Notes under the pieces: generated by a model
Databases searched by the model: none
Told to the model about the DNA's origin: nothing
Seen by the model: only the letters and a program-made list of their open reading frames with translations
Shown: piece after piece, positions 42,226 through 53,200 of the stretch
Layout of the letters: every line of letters starts with the position of its first letter
Position numbering within the stretch: position 1 is the stretch's first letter
Source: Promethearchaeota archaeon
GTDB taxonomy: Archaea; Asgardarchaeota; Lokiarchaeia; Sigyniarchaeales; SOKP01
Length of the DNA stretch: 64,000 bases
Direction of reading: 5' to 3'
Assembly: GCA_048940925.1 (NCBI GenBank)
Contig: JBHLOC010000009.1
Coordinates: 32,001 to 96,000 of the forward strand
Made by a program: the position numbers and the translations under genes

Positions 42226-42765
42226 ATGGTTGTTTATTGTAAAACCAATAAAGTCCAGATAGTTTGTCCAATCTGCAATACAAGAGATATTATTGGTATT
42301 CCAGAAAGAGAAATAAAAAAGAATAACCATTTAACCACGGTTTCAATCCATAAAGGATTATTATGTCCTCATCATTTTCAAGTCTTTGTAGATAAGAATT
42401 TTCAAATTCGTGGATACCAAAAAGTAGATTTTGAACTAAATCAAGAAAATTCAATAAAATTAAGAAATGGCGTAAAAGCTTTCAATAATAAAGAAAAAGA
42501 TAATTCAAATTCATTTGAAGAAATATCTCTTGAAGGTAATAATATTAACTATTATCCCCTAAATAACATTAATAGTAGAGAGGATAATGATTTAGACCAA
42601 AAAACTAAAAATAGCAATAAGCAAATGAGTTTAAGAGAAATTTATGAAGAATTCTGGGAATTTATTGATGATGATAATAAAATATTTCGAAAGTTTATTA
42701 TAAAAGATAAAAAACGAAGAGAAACTTCAAAATATCTTGATTTCCACAAATTATTAATCGCTTAG
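42226..42765 (+). CDS. Hypothetical protein with Zn-finger-like N-terminus
   Basis: CPIC...CPHHFQVFVDKNF.IRGYQ. Confidence 0.7.
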   Translation: MVVYCKTNKVQIVCPICNTRDIIGIPEREIKKNNHLTTVSIHKGLLCPHHFQVFVDKNFQIRGYQKVDFELNQENSIKLRNGVKAFNNKEKDNSNSFEEISLEGNNINYYPLNNINSREDNDLDQKTKNSNKQMSLREIYEEFWEFIDDDNKIFRKFIIKDKKRRETSKYLDFHKLLIA

Positions 42766-42940
42766 AAATAAAGCAATAAATTTGATTTAATATATATTAA
42801 ATCTGCTTCTTTTAGCTGAGTCGTTATTGTAAAAATTTAGTCCTAAACCTTTTAAATATGATCTATAATTATAGTTTTATTGAGTATTTATGTATATTTT
42901 GCATAAATAAAAAGAAATCTATAAAAATGAGTGAAACTGT

Positions 42941-44302
42941 ATGAAAAAGATAATTAAAACAGAAAATATAACTTTAACAACTATTCTTCTTCTTTGTATA
43001 TGTTTATTTACACTAAATAGATTTATTAAGGTTAATCCTACTGAAACTTCAATTCAAGAGGATAGATTAAAGATTAGCGCTTTGCCTTTAGAAAATTATA
43101 GTATGACTCCAGGAACTCCATATAATTGGATAGACGCTTCGGGTGGAACAGAGTTAGTTTTAGCTGATGATGGTTATGCTACAATATTATTACCCTTTAC
43201 TTTTACTTTTTATAATCAAACGTTTTCAACAGTATATTTAAGTGCAAATGGATATCTTAGTTTTACAGATACTACACCTGATTATTTTGATAATATTCCA
43301 TTTCCCACAGATTATCCATACTTTACATATATGGTTGCCCCATTTTGGGATGATATATACCCCCCAGATGGAGGTCATATCTATGTTCAATCATTTGGTA
43401 CTTATTGGGTGGCTGAATGGTTAGATATTTATCATATTGACGGACCCATACTAGGATCATTTGAAGTAGTTTTATATGAAACAGGTCAAATCCAGTTTAA
43501 CTATGATTATATTGATTATATTGAACCCTATAGTGGTTATACATGTGGTTTAAATTTAGGAGAGAACATAGATTATTATAATACATATCTTGGTTTAGAC
43601 AATTCAACTGATGATTTTTCAATTCTTTTCAATCCTGAAAGTATAAACGTTATTACTCCTGATAAATCTAGTGTATGGGAAGTCTTCACTGTAGAGCAAA
43701 TCATTTGGAGCTCAACAAGCAATGTTTCAAATGTAAAAATTGAACTTTATAAAAAAGGTGTATTTGAAAGGGAAATTGCTGCAAATATAGCTAGTATTGG
43801 TGTATATTCTTGGAATATATCCTCCGGTTTGAATGATTCTGACCAATATCAAATAAAAATCTCTGACGCTTCTAACCCTTTAACTTATGATTATTCCCCA
43901 AATTTCGAAATATTCAATCCAACTTTCACAATTATTACTCCTAACAGTTCCAGTCTTTGGGTAACCGATAAACCTCAAGAGATTAATTGGACATCAAGAG
44001 GTACTATTCCAAAAGTAAAAATCGAGCTTTATAAAGAAGATATTTTTGAAATGGAAATAGCTCGAGGTCTAACTAACAACGGTAAGCTTATTTGGGTAGT
44101 TCCTAAAGGGCTTCAAACATCTGAAAAATATCAGGTAAAAATCATAGATGATTCCAATCCTTCTGTTTTCAGTTTTAGTGATTATTTCAAGATAAAGAAA
44201 GCTACAAGTGCAATTCCAGGATACTCAGTGTTTGTATTGATAGGCTTAGTTGGCATAATCTCAGTAATACTGTTTAAAAAAAGATTAAAATTAATAAAAT
44301 AA
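42941..44302 (+). CDS. Secreted cell-surface protein with two Ig-like repeats and an IPGY C-terminal sorting/anchor signal
   Basis: Signal peptide, APFWDD domain, two ITP...W..VKIELYK...YQ.KI repeats, IPGY-TM-basic tail. Confidence 0.8.
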   Translation: MKKIIKTENITLTTILLLCICLFTLNRFIKVNPTETSIQEDRLKISALPLENYSMTPGTPYNWIDASGGTELVLADDGYATILLPFTFTFYNQTFSTVYLSANGYLSFTDTTPDYFDNIPFPTDYPYFTYMVAPFWDDIYPPDGGHIYVQSFGTYWVAEWLDIYHIDGPILGSFEVVLYETGQIQFNYDYIDYIEPYSGYTCGLNLGENIDYYNTYLGLDNSTDDFSILFNPESINVITPDKSSVWEVFTVEQIIWSSTSNVSNVKIELYKKGVFEREIAANIASIGVYSWNISSGLNDSDQYQIKISDASNPLTYDYSPNFEIFNPTFTIITPNSSSLWVTDKPQEINWTSRGTIPKVKIELYKEDIFEMEIARGLTNNGKLIWVVPKGLQTSEKYQVKIIDDSNPSVFSFSDYFKIKKATSAIPGYSVFVLIGLVGIISVILFKKRLKLIK

Positions 44303-44589
44303 ATCCCTTTTTTTTTTATTTCTATATATAATATACCTATTTCAGAAGTAGAGTTCCTTTATATTGATATTTTGAGAAAAACTAAAGTTATATTTTTATA
44401 TTGCAGTATTTTTCAAAATTGTTTTAACTCTTATCTTTTATTCAGTAACCACATATTTGTTATAAGAAAAATTCATCTCACGTTTGAATAAAATATGAGA
44501 AAATTTAATATTCTGTACTTAATTTTCCCAAATATCAAATATTTTATATAAAATCAAACATAGAAAGATAAACTAAAAGGTTGGAAATA

Positions 44590-46106
44590 ATGAGCTATAA
44601 ATTACCGGATGAAAAAGATCTGGAAGCCATGATAGGCATTGTTGGTAAGGAATACGCTTCAAATAACAAAGCAATTACAGCATCGTACCTGGCGAAATCA
44701 GTGATGGGTTTAGAAATCAATTATCCCAAAGCGGGTAATGACTAAATAGCCAAATCCCTGATATCGTCGTTCGACCAAAATACGTTGAAGAAATTCGTAA
44801 AATTCTTGTATACTGTTCTCAAGAAAAAATAGCAGTAAGCCCTGTTTCTGGTGGATTATCTGGCGGATTCTCGTGCCCAACAATAAAACCTGGTGGAGTT
44901 CTTCTTGATTTAGGAAGAATGAAAAGAATAATTGAAATTGATGAAGAAAATCGATTTGCAATTGTAGAACCTGGAGTAACTATTGGAGAACTGTGGGCAT
45001 ATATGCATAAGAATACTCCTGACTGGGCACCACCAATACCAGATGGAGCTCCACCAGCATCTACAGTTATGGGAGATGCCATTGATAGGGGGTTTTCATT
45101 ATACACATCTAGTGTAGGGCCCCAGGGAGACAACTTTATGTGCGCTGAAGTTGTGTTTGCAAATGGTGACGTTTTAAGGACTGGCTCATGGGCATTACCA
45201 ACTGCGAAACCATTCTATAAATATGGACTTGGTCCTGATTTATGGTCTTTTTTGATGGGTAGTCAAGGAACTATGGGCGTAATCACAAAAGTAGCTGTAA
45301 AGATTTATCCACATCCCGAATTTAAAACAGTAGTTGTGTGGGGCATGTCAAATCCTTATGATATGCAGAATCTAACATTGGAAATCCAAAAACAGGAATT
45401 TGGAATAGCACATAATGCAGTTATGGTACAAGGCGGGAATTATCCTTTAGTAATGACTCGATGGCCAAAGGATAAGGTTCCTCATGATTATAAGTTTTAT
45501 GAAGAGATGGGAATCAGCCAATGGTGGATGAATTTTGAATGCTGGGCTCAAACACAAGAAGAATTAGACTATGTAATAAAAAGAATTGATGAGATGGGAA
45601 ATGATTATAAAAAGAATAGAGCTAAAGACCCTGACTCAATAGTACCTCAGAAACTTCATCCAAAACAAATAGCAAGCAGATTAAAAAAGCCAAATAAAAT
45701 TGCTGTTCCGTATGGTCTATGGGATGCGGGATTTTTATTTATTACATGGTATACTCCCTGGCCAGAATGTGCCCATTTTTGTGAAATGTATTGTGCCGCA
45801 ATGGAGAAATATGGTTTTCCTCCTACGATGTGGGTTGCTTCAATTGAACGTGGTCGACAAGCAATTTGTATGCCGATTGTGTGTTTCGATAGCACAAAGC
45901 CTGAAGAATTAGAAAGAGTTCAAGAATTGAATAGAGAAACTACTGAATATGGTCTAAAGCAAGGATGGCTTAACTACAGACCTGATCCATACATTCATAT
46001 TAAAGCCTATTACCAATCAGGAATGTATTGGAAATACTTGCGAGCAATTAAAAAAATATTAGATCCAAATGGAATATTGCATCCAGGAAGACTTGCTCTT
46101 CCATAA
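44590..46106 (+). CDS. FAD-binding oxidoreductase (GlcD/VAO family), split gene join(44590..44715,44748..46106), 494 aa
   Basis: Exon 1 is 42 codons (MSYKLP...VMGLE). Exon 2 begins SQIPDIVVRP and is in frame with the track ORF at 44919. The joined sequence aligns with the paralog at 20469..21983 with a one-residue gap. Confidence 0.88.
44716..44747 (+). other. 32-nt BHB intron in mRNA
   Basis: Outer helix GGT/GCC, central helix TTAG/CTAA, 3-nt bulges AA^A and AT^A, inner stem TC(A)ATTATCC/GGGTAATGA. Canonical cuts restore the reading frame. Confidence 0.87.
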
Positions 46107-46126
46107 TTAAAGGAGGTTGATAAATA

Positions 46127-47548
46127 TTGGCTAAAACAGGAATGGAAAGATTGGAAGAATTAAAAAAAGATATATTTAAATGTATCCATTGTAAAGCTTG
46201 TAAATTTGCCTATTCCAATGAACCTAACAGGGAAGGTATTGGAGAATATACTGGAAAGCAAGGTACAGTTCTTTATGAAGGGATGGTAGACGCATGTCCA
46301 GCAGGAATTGAATATGGTTGGGAAGCCTTCTGGAATGCGGGTAAAATGTGGATTGCACGTTCGATTTTAAATGGAGATTTAGAATTTAGTGAAGAAGTTC
46401 GAGATGTCATTTTACCATGTATTACATGTGGTCAATGTTCCGCTCAATGTGAAAATAAAGTTCGTACCGTTGATATAATTGAATCTTTAAGAGCAGCGTG
46501 TATAGAATCTGGGGTACCTATGATTGAGAAGCATCAATTAGTAGATAGATTGGTTAAAGAATTGAACAATCCCTATGGAGGAAAAGCCGAGGAACGATTT
46601 AAATGGGCTAAAGATGCAGGTTTAGAAAAATACATTGATAACAAAGATGCAAAAATTGCTTATTATGTAGGCTGTACTGCCAGTTATCGTCAAGTAGAAG
46701 TTGCTATTGCAACTGCTAAACTTTTTGAGCAATTAGGAATGAATTTTACTATTATAACTGATGAGGTATGTTGTGGAAGTCCTTTTTTTAGAATAGGGGC
46801 GGTTGAAACTGCACAGGAATTAATGAAGAAAAATCTTGAATCATTTAAAAATATAAAAATGATATATTTTTCTTGTGCTGGGTGTTATCGAACGTTTACC
46901 ATCGATTACCCTAAATGGATGGTTGAAGGAGAAAAGCTTCCTTTTAAAACACAGCACGCATTTGAACTTGTTGCGAGACTAATCCAGCAAGAAAAAATAA
47001 AATTCAAACCAAACAAGGAATTGAAAGGAAAGGTCGTTACATATCATGATCCTTGTCACACTGGAAGACATTTCGCAGTGGACATGGAACAAGATATAAT
47101 CGAAAAATCGGAGAATCTTTTGATGGACCATCGAAAAATAAGGGAGGCAATTGAAGCTTGGTATGAAGTTCCACGGATTATTCTTAGAAAACTTGAAGAA
47201 GATGTAGGAATTATTTTCAAAGAGATGTATCGTATAAAATTGGATAGTATGTGTTGTGGAGCTGGTGGAGGTGTTCGCGCGGGATATCCCGATTTTTCAC
47301 TACGCACCGCAAGTCTTCGGTGCGATGAAGCAAATGCGGTTGGTGCGGATATCTTAACGACTGAGTGCCCATTTTGTTGGAGAAATTTATCAGATGCGAA
47401 TGATCTGTATAATCACGGCATGATTGTTATGGGAGTTCTTCAGATGATTACAGAATATAATCTGTTGGATATTGTAGTAAAGCCTACAGAAAAAGATTTT
47501 ATGATTCCATCTATTCGAGAAGAGATGGAAGAAAAACCAAAAAAATGA
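46127..47548 (+). CDS. Fe-S oxidoreductase with CCG domains (GlpC/HdrD-like)
   Basis: CIHCKAC, CITCGQCSAQC, CCGS, CAGC, YHDPCH, CCGAGGG. TTG start after GGAGG. Confidence 0.9.
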   Translation: MAKTGMERLEELKKDIFKCIHCKACKFAYSNEPNREGIGEYTGKQGTVLYEGMVDACPAGIEYGWEAFWNAGKMWIARSILNGDLEFSEEVRDVILPCITCGQCSAQCENKVRTVDIIESLRAACIESGVPMIEKHQLVDRLVKELNNPYGGKAEERFKWAKDAGLEKYIDNKDAKIAYYVGCTASYRQVEVAIATAKLFEQLGMNFTIITDEVCCGSPFFRIGAVETAQELMKKNLESFKNIKMIYFSCAGCYRTFTIDYPKWMVEGEKLPFKTQHAFELVARLIQQEKIKFKPNKELKGKVVTYHDPCHTGRHFAVDMEQDIIEKSENLLMDHRKIREAIEAWYEVPRIILRKLEEDVGIIFKEMYRIKLDSMCCGAGGGVRAGYPDFSLRTASLRCDEANAVGADILTTECPFCWRNLSDANDLYNHGMIVMGVLQMITEYNLLDIVVKPTEKDFMIPSIREEMEEKPKK

Positions 47549-47779
47549 GTGAACAGCTCATCTAATTTTTATTTCTTTTTTTATATTTATATTTTTACAT
47601 ATACATTAATTTATTGACTAAATTGTTACAATAAATTAAGTTAATTTAGTAGCATTTATGAAACTTTATTAAAAATTTAATTTTTTATTAAATTCCTTTT
47701 AATTATAATTGATATTTTTAAAAATTTGATTACCTTAAATAAAATTTAGTTTAAAAATTTTCTACTTTAATGTGATTTT

Positions 47780-49276
47780 ATGAAAAAAAAAAAAGTAATT
47801 CCAATTATAGCGTTAGTGATTATTGCTGCCTTAGTTATTACTTTAGTCATACTTTTTATTCCATTTGGAGGACCCCCTACACCAAGTGCTAGAAAAGCAA
47901 TTATAGTCAGTAGTGCGAACGATTTTCAAAAAAGTGAGGGGGAAGATGATTTCAATGATAGTGATGATGCAAATTTTAGTGCTGAATCAGGAAGATGGAT
48001 TGAGAATGCCACTAATGGATATATAGGACAGGATAATGATCTTGGTCCTGATGGTAATCCAGGTATTGTAAAATTAATTGCTAATGTTTTCCCAGATCCA
48101 ACTGGTTATACCCACATTGAATATGTATATAATTGGACAAAATATTATCCAATTTACACATATGCTATATACAATCTTTCTGCTTGGGTGAAAATATTAA
48201 ATCAAACGGGAAATGCAACCTATATAGGTTCACCAGGAGCTAGAATAGGATTACGATGGTTAAATTCCAATAATAGTATAATAAGAACGGATTGGTCTAA
48301 AGGAATAATTGATACGGAAGGAACATGGGTATATTTAAATATTACAGGTATATGTGATGGTTCTACTATCAATAAAATAACTCAGCTGCATTTAGTTTTA
48401 GCTTTTGAGGGTAATGTAAGTCAAGGTGATATGGTGTGGTATGATGATGTGAGAGTTGAGCGATGGATTTCGGTTAATGTAACAAATCCTATAAATCCGA
48501 TTCCTCCTCCAGGTAGCATAGATTCAGATGGATTTCCTGCACAAGCCCTCCAAGTTTATTGGATCTTGAAGCATCACGGGTATTCCGATAAGAATATATT
48601 TTTAATGTTGTATCATAAAAATGATAATATAATTGATATAAATGCGAAAGATGGTATAACAAACGATTTAACAGGGGCTATTATTGATGTGGAGAATGAC
48701 GATGTTAAAGCTAGTAGATTCAAACAAGAATTAAATGTTTCAATCAAGGGGTCATTTGCTTCCAGTATCAAGGCAAAAGATCAATTGATAATTTATGTGG
48801 TAGATCATGGATCGAATAAGATAGCTGGTGAGGGTAATGCTACCTTTCATTTTGAAGCAGATGATAGTTACATCACTGAAACAGAATTTTATAATTTAGT
48901 CAAAGAAATTGATTGTGAACGTATGCTGATTAATATTGATATCTGTTTCAGTGGTAATTTTTTAAATATAAATTCAAACATAGGACAAAGTTGGTATGAT
49001 ATACCTAATTCAATTCTCATCACTTCAACTACAGATATTTTCTCTTGGTATTGGCGTGATAATAGTAATCCTGATGGTTTTGCAGGTTCTTGGTTCTTTC
49101 ATACATTTTGGGATCAATTAAATCAGAGTGAATCGATACAGGAGGCATTTGATTATGCTAAGAATTATATTCCCGCAAGACAAAAGATTCCTATTATTCA
49201 AATACAAAGCCCTTTAATAAAAGATAATTTAGGAATTAAAGACTCTTGGAGTTTTAGTAGCATTCCTCAATTGTAG
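47780..49276 (+). CDS. Membrane-anchored clan CD protease (C13/caspase-like) with an inserted beta-sandwich domain
   Basis: N-terminal TM, YVVDHGS and IDICFSG His/Cys dyad, GSWF. Confidence 0.7.
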   Translation: MKKKKVIPIIALVIIAALVITLVILFIPFGGPPTPSARKAIIVSSANDFQKSEGEDDFNDSDDANFSAESGRWIENATNGYIGQDNDLGPDGNPGIVKLIANVFPDPTGYTHIEYVYNWTKYYPIYTYAIYNLSAWVKILNQTGNATYIGSPGARIGLRWLNSNNSIIRTDWSKGIIDTEGTWVYLNITGICDGSTINKITQLHLVLAFEGNVSQGDMVWYDDVRVERWISVNVTNPINPIPPPGSIDSDGFPAQALQVYWILKHHGYSDKNIFLMLYHKNDNIIDINAKDGITNDLTGAIIDVENDDVKASRFKQELNVSIKGSFASSIKAKDQLIIYVVDHGSNKIAGEGNATFHFEADDSYITETEFYNLVKEIDCERMLINIDICFSGNFLNINSNIGQSWYDIPNSILITSTTDIFSWYWRDNSNPDGFAGSWFFHTFWDQLNQSESIQEAFDYAKNYIPARQKIPIIQIQSPLIKDNLGIKDSWSFSSIPQL

Positions 49277-49455
49277 ATCTAAATTTCATAATTATATATA
49301 TTTATTATATATTTTTTATGAGATCTGAGAGATCAACGGGAAAATCAAATTAGATATTTTTTTGGTTTTTTAATAATTCTCATTTTTCTGTAACTTAAGT
49401 TTAAATTATACTTAGAATTAATTTTTAATTAAGTCTATACGATTAACGGATAAAA

Positions 49456-50073
49456 TTGAAGATAGTGCTTGAAAAGAATAAATTCTTCATATTTTCATTA
49501 ATTTTCTTTTTAATAGCTCTTAATAGCTTATTTCTAATAGAGCAAAAACCATTTATATCAATTTCAAACACTAAAATCGAACATAAAAATATTCAAAAAA
49601 TAAAAAATTCTGCTAATAATGATTCAGTTGCCCCTGTAATTACATTTATTCAACCTTCAGAAAATGAGTCGATAATTAAGAAAAATTTCATCGAGATCGT
49701 CGTCAATATATCCGATGACAATCCACCTGAATCTGGTAATGTTATTGTTCAAATTTCGAACATAACTACCCCATTATTTAATGCAACTATGGCTATAGAA
49801 GGAGACGGAATTTGGTTTTTTAATTGGAATAATATTTCTTCTTATCCTAATTACGAGGTCTACAAAATAGAAGTTTGGGCTAAGGATTCATCACTTAATA
49901 GTAATACTAATTGGACTAAAGCATATTATGTTATTATGAATCGACCCGAAAAATTAACTCCAAATATATTAAGTGTAGCAATCTATATTTTTTTTGTTTG
50001 CATAATTTTCGCTCTCATTTTTGTTTACTTTAGAAGAAAAAGTGCCTTTATCAGAACTACAGAAAAAAAATAA
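49456..50073 (+). CDS. Ig-like domain membrane protein
   Basis: Signal/TM, D..APVI, Y.I.V.A.D..LN, C-terminal TM and basic tail. Confidence 0.7.
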   Translation: MKIVLEKNKFFIFSLIFFLIALNSLFLIEQKPFISISNTKIEHKNIQKIKNSANNDSVAPVITFIQPSENESIIKKNFIEIVVNISDDNPPESGNVIVQISNITTPLFNATMAIEGDGIWFFNWNNISSYPNYEVYKIEVWAKDSSLNSNTNWTKAYYVIMNRPEKLTPNILSVAIYIFFVCIIFALIFVYFRRKSAFIRTTEKK

Positions 50074-50284
50074 TTCTTTAACTCATACTTTTATTGAAGA
50101 AATTGAATCTTAATTTAAAAGATAATGTTCATAAAGAGATTTAAAAGTTAAGTAGAAAATAAAGAAATTTTAATTTCGACAAAATAGTTTGATCTTTTTA
50201 TTTTTTATCCAAAAAAAATATATGTTAAAATTTTCATTATTTACAAAATAATAAAAAATCACTGCTTCTGGGGTTTAGAATAGA

Positions 50285-53200
50285 TTGGCTAATGTGCAAC
50301 AGAAATCTGCTTATCCATATATTACTGAATTCAAAAAAGAACCTTTCATTTCTTTTATTTTTATCAAACAAAAAGATATTGGGAACATTTATTTAAGTAA
50401 CTATAATGAACTAATTAAGTTCTACGAATTTTTTAAGGATAACTTATTAAGTGCTTCAAATTTAACACTAGAAAATATTTTTTGGTTTTTATTATTAAAA
50501 AAATATCTCAAAAATAAAAAGAAGATAAAGAAGGATGCAATTTTTAATTTCATTAAGAAATGCGAAATTCATCAAAATGAAAGATTAGGCTTTAAACTAT
50601 CTTCTAATATACAAAAAATCCCTGATATCTACTCAACATATTTAGCATTAGCGTGTTTGAAAAATTTGGGATTTTTAGAAGAGTATTTGTCCTCTGAAAA
50701 TATTAAGTCAGATATTAAAAACTTTATTTTATCACATGAAAAGAAAAATGCTTTTAAGCACTGTCATAATGAGCAATGTGCTATATGTAAAAAAATCTCG
50801 CCTGCAAGAACCTTATTTTTTGTACTTGAAATTTTCACACTTATAGGAATTGATGTGCGTTTAAAAAGAGATCAATTTATGGCGTTTTTTAATGATAATA
50901 GTAAAAAAGGTTATGGTTTGATTTTTAAATTACTTTGCCAAAAATATTTAGATTTAGATTCTGAGGTTAAGGAAAAGGAAGTCCAATATCTTTATCAATT
51001 TCAAAATGAAAGTGGTGGTTTTAGTTTAAATCATCTTGGAGTTATTAATGACACTTTTTGGATTGTATATGTTCTTAACTTATATTCATGGTTTTTGGAT
51101 TATAATCCTGCTGGAATATTTCCCTTTATCAATAATAAATTAAATGAGATTCTGATGAGTCAACCAAATTGGAATGCTTTCAAATTAAATGATGTATCAA
51201 AGTTAATAATTCTTTTATCATTTATTTGGAAAAAGTTTATTGACTCCGTAGAAAGAACATTATTTAAGCAAATTGAGAAGGATAAATATATTGATTTAAT
51301 TCAATTAAAAACTACTTTTGGTTTATTTAACGATGTTGAAGATATTTTATCATATATTAATCTTAACTATAATTTTAAATTAAGAATTTTAGATAATAAA
51401 ATCGAATTTAATAATTTTCTAAGAAATTTAAGTCAAGGAAGACAAGAATTCATTAAAGAATTTTATGATCAAATTAATAAAAATAGTGTTGTTTCTCTTT
51501 CTGCGCTTCATAAGAAATATAAAACTTTAAACTATGAACCATTAAAACTGAGAGAAAATATCTTTCCTATTATTAAAGAAATGGTCAGGAGAAATTTTTT
51601 CAAAGGAAATATTAAAGCTAAGAAAAAATTTTTATCAAAAACAAGATTTCTTTTTTATTTGGATTATATGTTAAAAAAAATAATCGTTTGTGACTCTGAG
51701 ATTAATACTGAGAGAATTTTAGATGAAAAAGAGAAATTAACTGATATTAAGAATGATATCTACAATATGACTTTAAAATTGAAAAAAATTGATCTTCAAA
51801 TAAAAGAAGAAATTGAGAGTTATCTTTTGATTAATGAATTTGACTACTCTAAACAAAGATTAAAATTTATTATAAGAGATGCTTTAATGGAAGCTGATTT
51901 TTTAAATGAAAATATTGAAAATTCTTTTAATGAAATTTTATATTATATCAACTTTCAAGCAGTATTAAAGTCAGAGATTGCAGAATGGGAGCAGATTTAT
52001 TCTATCTTACCAAAGAAGTTAGGAGAAATTGAAGCATATCTAAAAGGGAAAATACAAGAAAAAGAAGAGCTAAGAAATTTAAGTGTTGTTTTAGATAACT
52101 TAAAGGAAAAAATTATAATATTAGAAGAAGATTTAAATAAAAAGTTTGATATTTTTAGAAACATCTTTAGGGAAGTCTTAGAAAAAGAGTATAGTGATAA
52201 GAATTTTAATCTTATTATTAAAGAATTAGAAATATTAACTCAAAAAGTTAGAAAATATGATAGCTTAATTTATAAAGTCTCTCAACAAATAAAATCAAAA
52301 GAAAGGAAAATTGTTAAAAAACATAAGAAAGTAATTAATAACTGGATAAAAGTTAAAGAAAAATTCGAAAATGAGTTCAATTTTTACACAGATGGTTTTC
52401 AATTTTTTAATAAAAAATTAAATGAAATTAAAGATATAAAAGAAAGAGTTAATACTCATATTTCTGAAATTGGTGAAAATGCTAAAGTTAAAATTGATTC
52501 AAATCAATTTCAAGAAGCGTTTGGTTTTATTAAAAAAGAATCTGATTTATTATTAACTGAAAAAATAAATGAAATTAAAGATCTTCATGGTATAATTAAA
52601 AATGAGATAAAGCAAAATCAAAAGCTCTTTATATTATATAAGCATTTACATGAAAAACTCAATGATTTAGAGTCTTATATAATTGATTTGATTGCAAAAC
52701 AGGTTCAAACCCTTAAGAATAAAGTCATAGAGGAGAGAAATAGAACTAAAATAGAGGTTTTTGATAATTTAGCAAAACAAGAAATTCTCAAATTTAAATC
52801 CAAATTGACAGAGATCAGAAATTATTTTAACCAAATAGATGATTTAAAGATTGAGATTGTAATAAAAGAATGTGACTCTTTAAATTCAGATTTTGAAAAA
52901 GCTAGTAAATTATATTTGAAAAAATTAAGTGAATGTCAAAAAGAAATCGAAGATTTTGACGAGAAATCAAAATTAACTATTATGCAATGGGAAAAATTTA
53001 CTATTTTTTTTAATAATGAAATTTTGGTCTTGAAAGAAGATTTTATAAATAATATCATTGCAAACAAAGTTAGTTCCATGGTAATTGAGAAAAAAACGGA
53101 TTGTATTGATCTTCTTGACCTTAAGAAGGAGTTAAAACTTTCATGTAAAGTATTGATTAATAAATTAAAAGATATTATTGATATTTCAAAAATAAATGCA

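Noticed and set aside
44710-45133. Minus-strand ORFs 44710..44961 and 44819..45133
   Set aside because: They are antisense shadows of the split oxidoreductase gene.
46211-46248. BHB-like hairpin in the Fe-S gene (TATTC-CAAT-GA-ACCT...AGGT-ATTG-GA-GAATA)
   Set aside because: The bulges are 2 nt rather than 3, and the ORF is intact without splicing.
47070-47160. Insertion of about 27 aa relative to the paralog, considered as an in-frame intron or intein
   Set aside because: No BHB pairing or intein termini are visible, and it reads as an ordinary helical insert.
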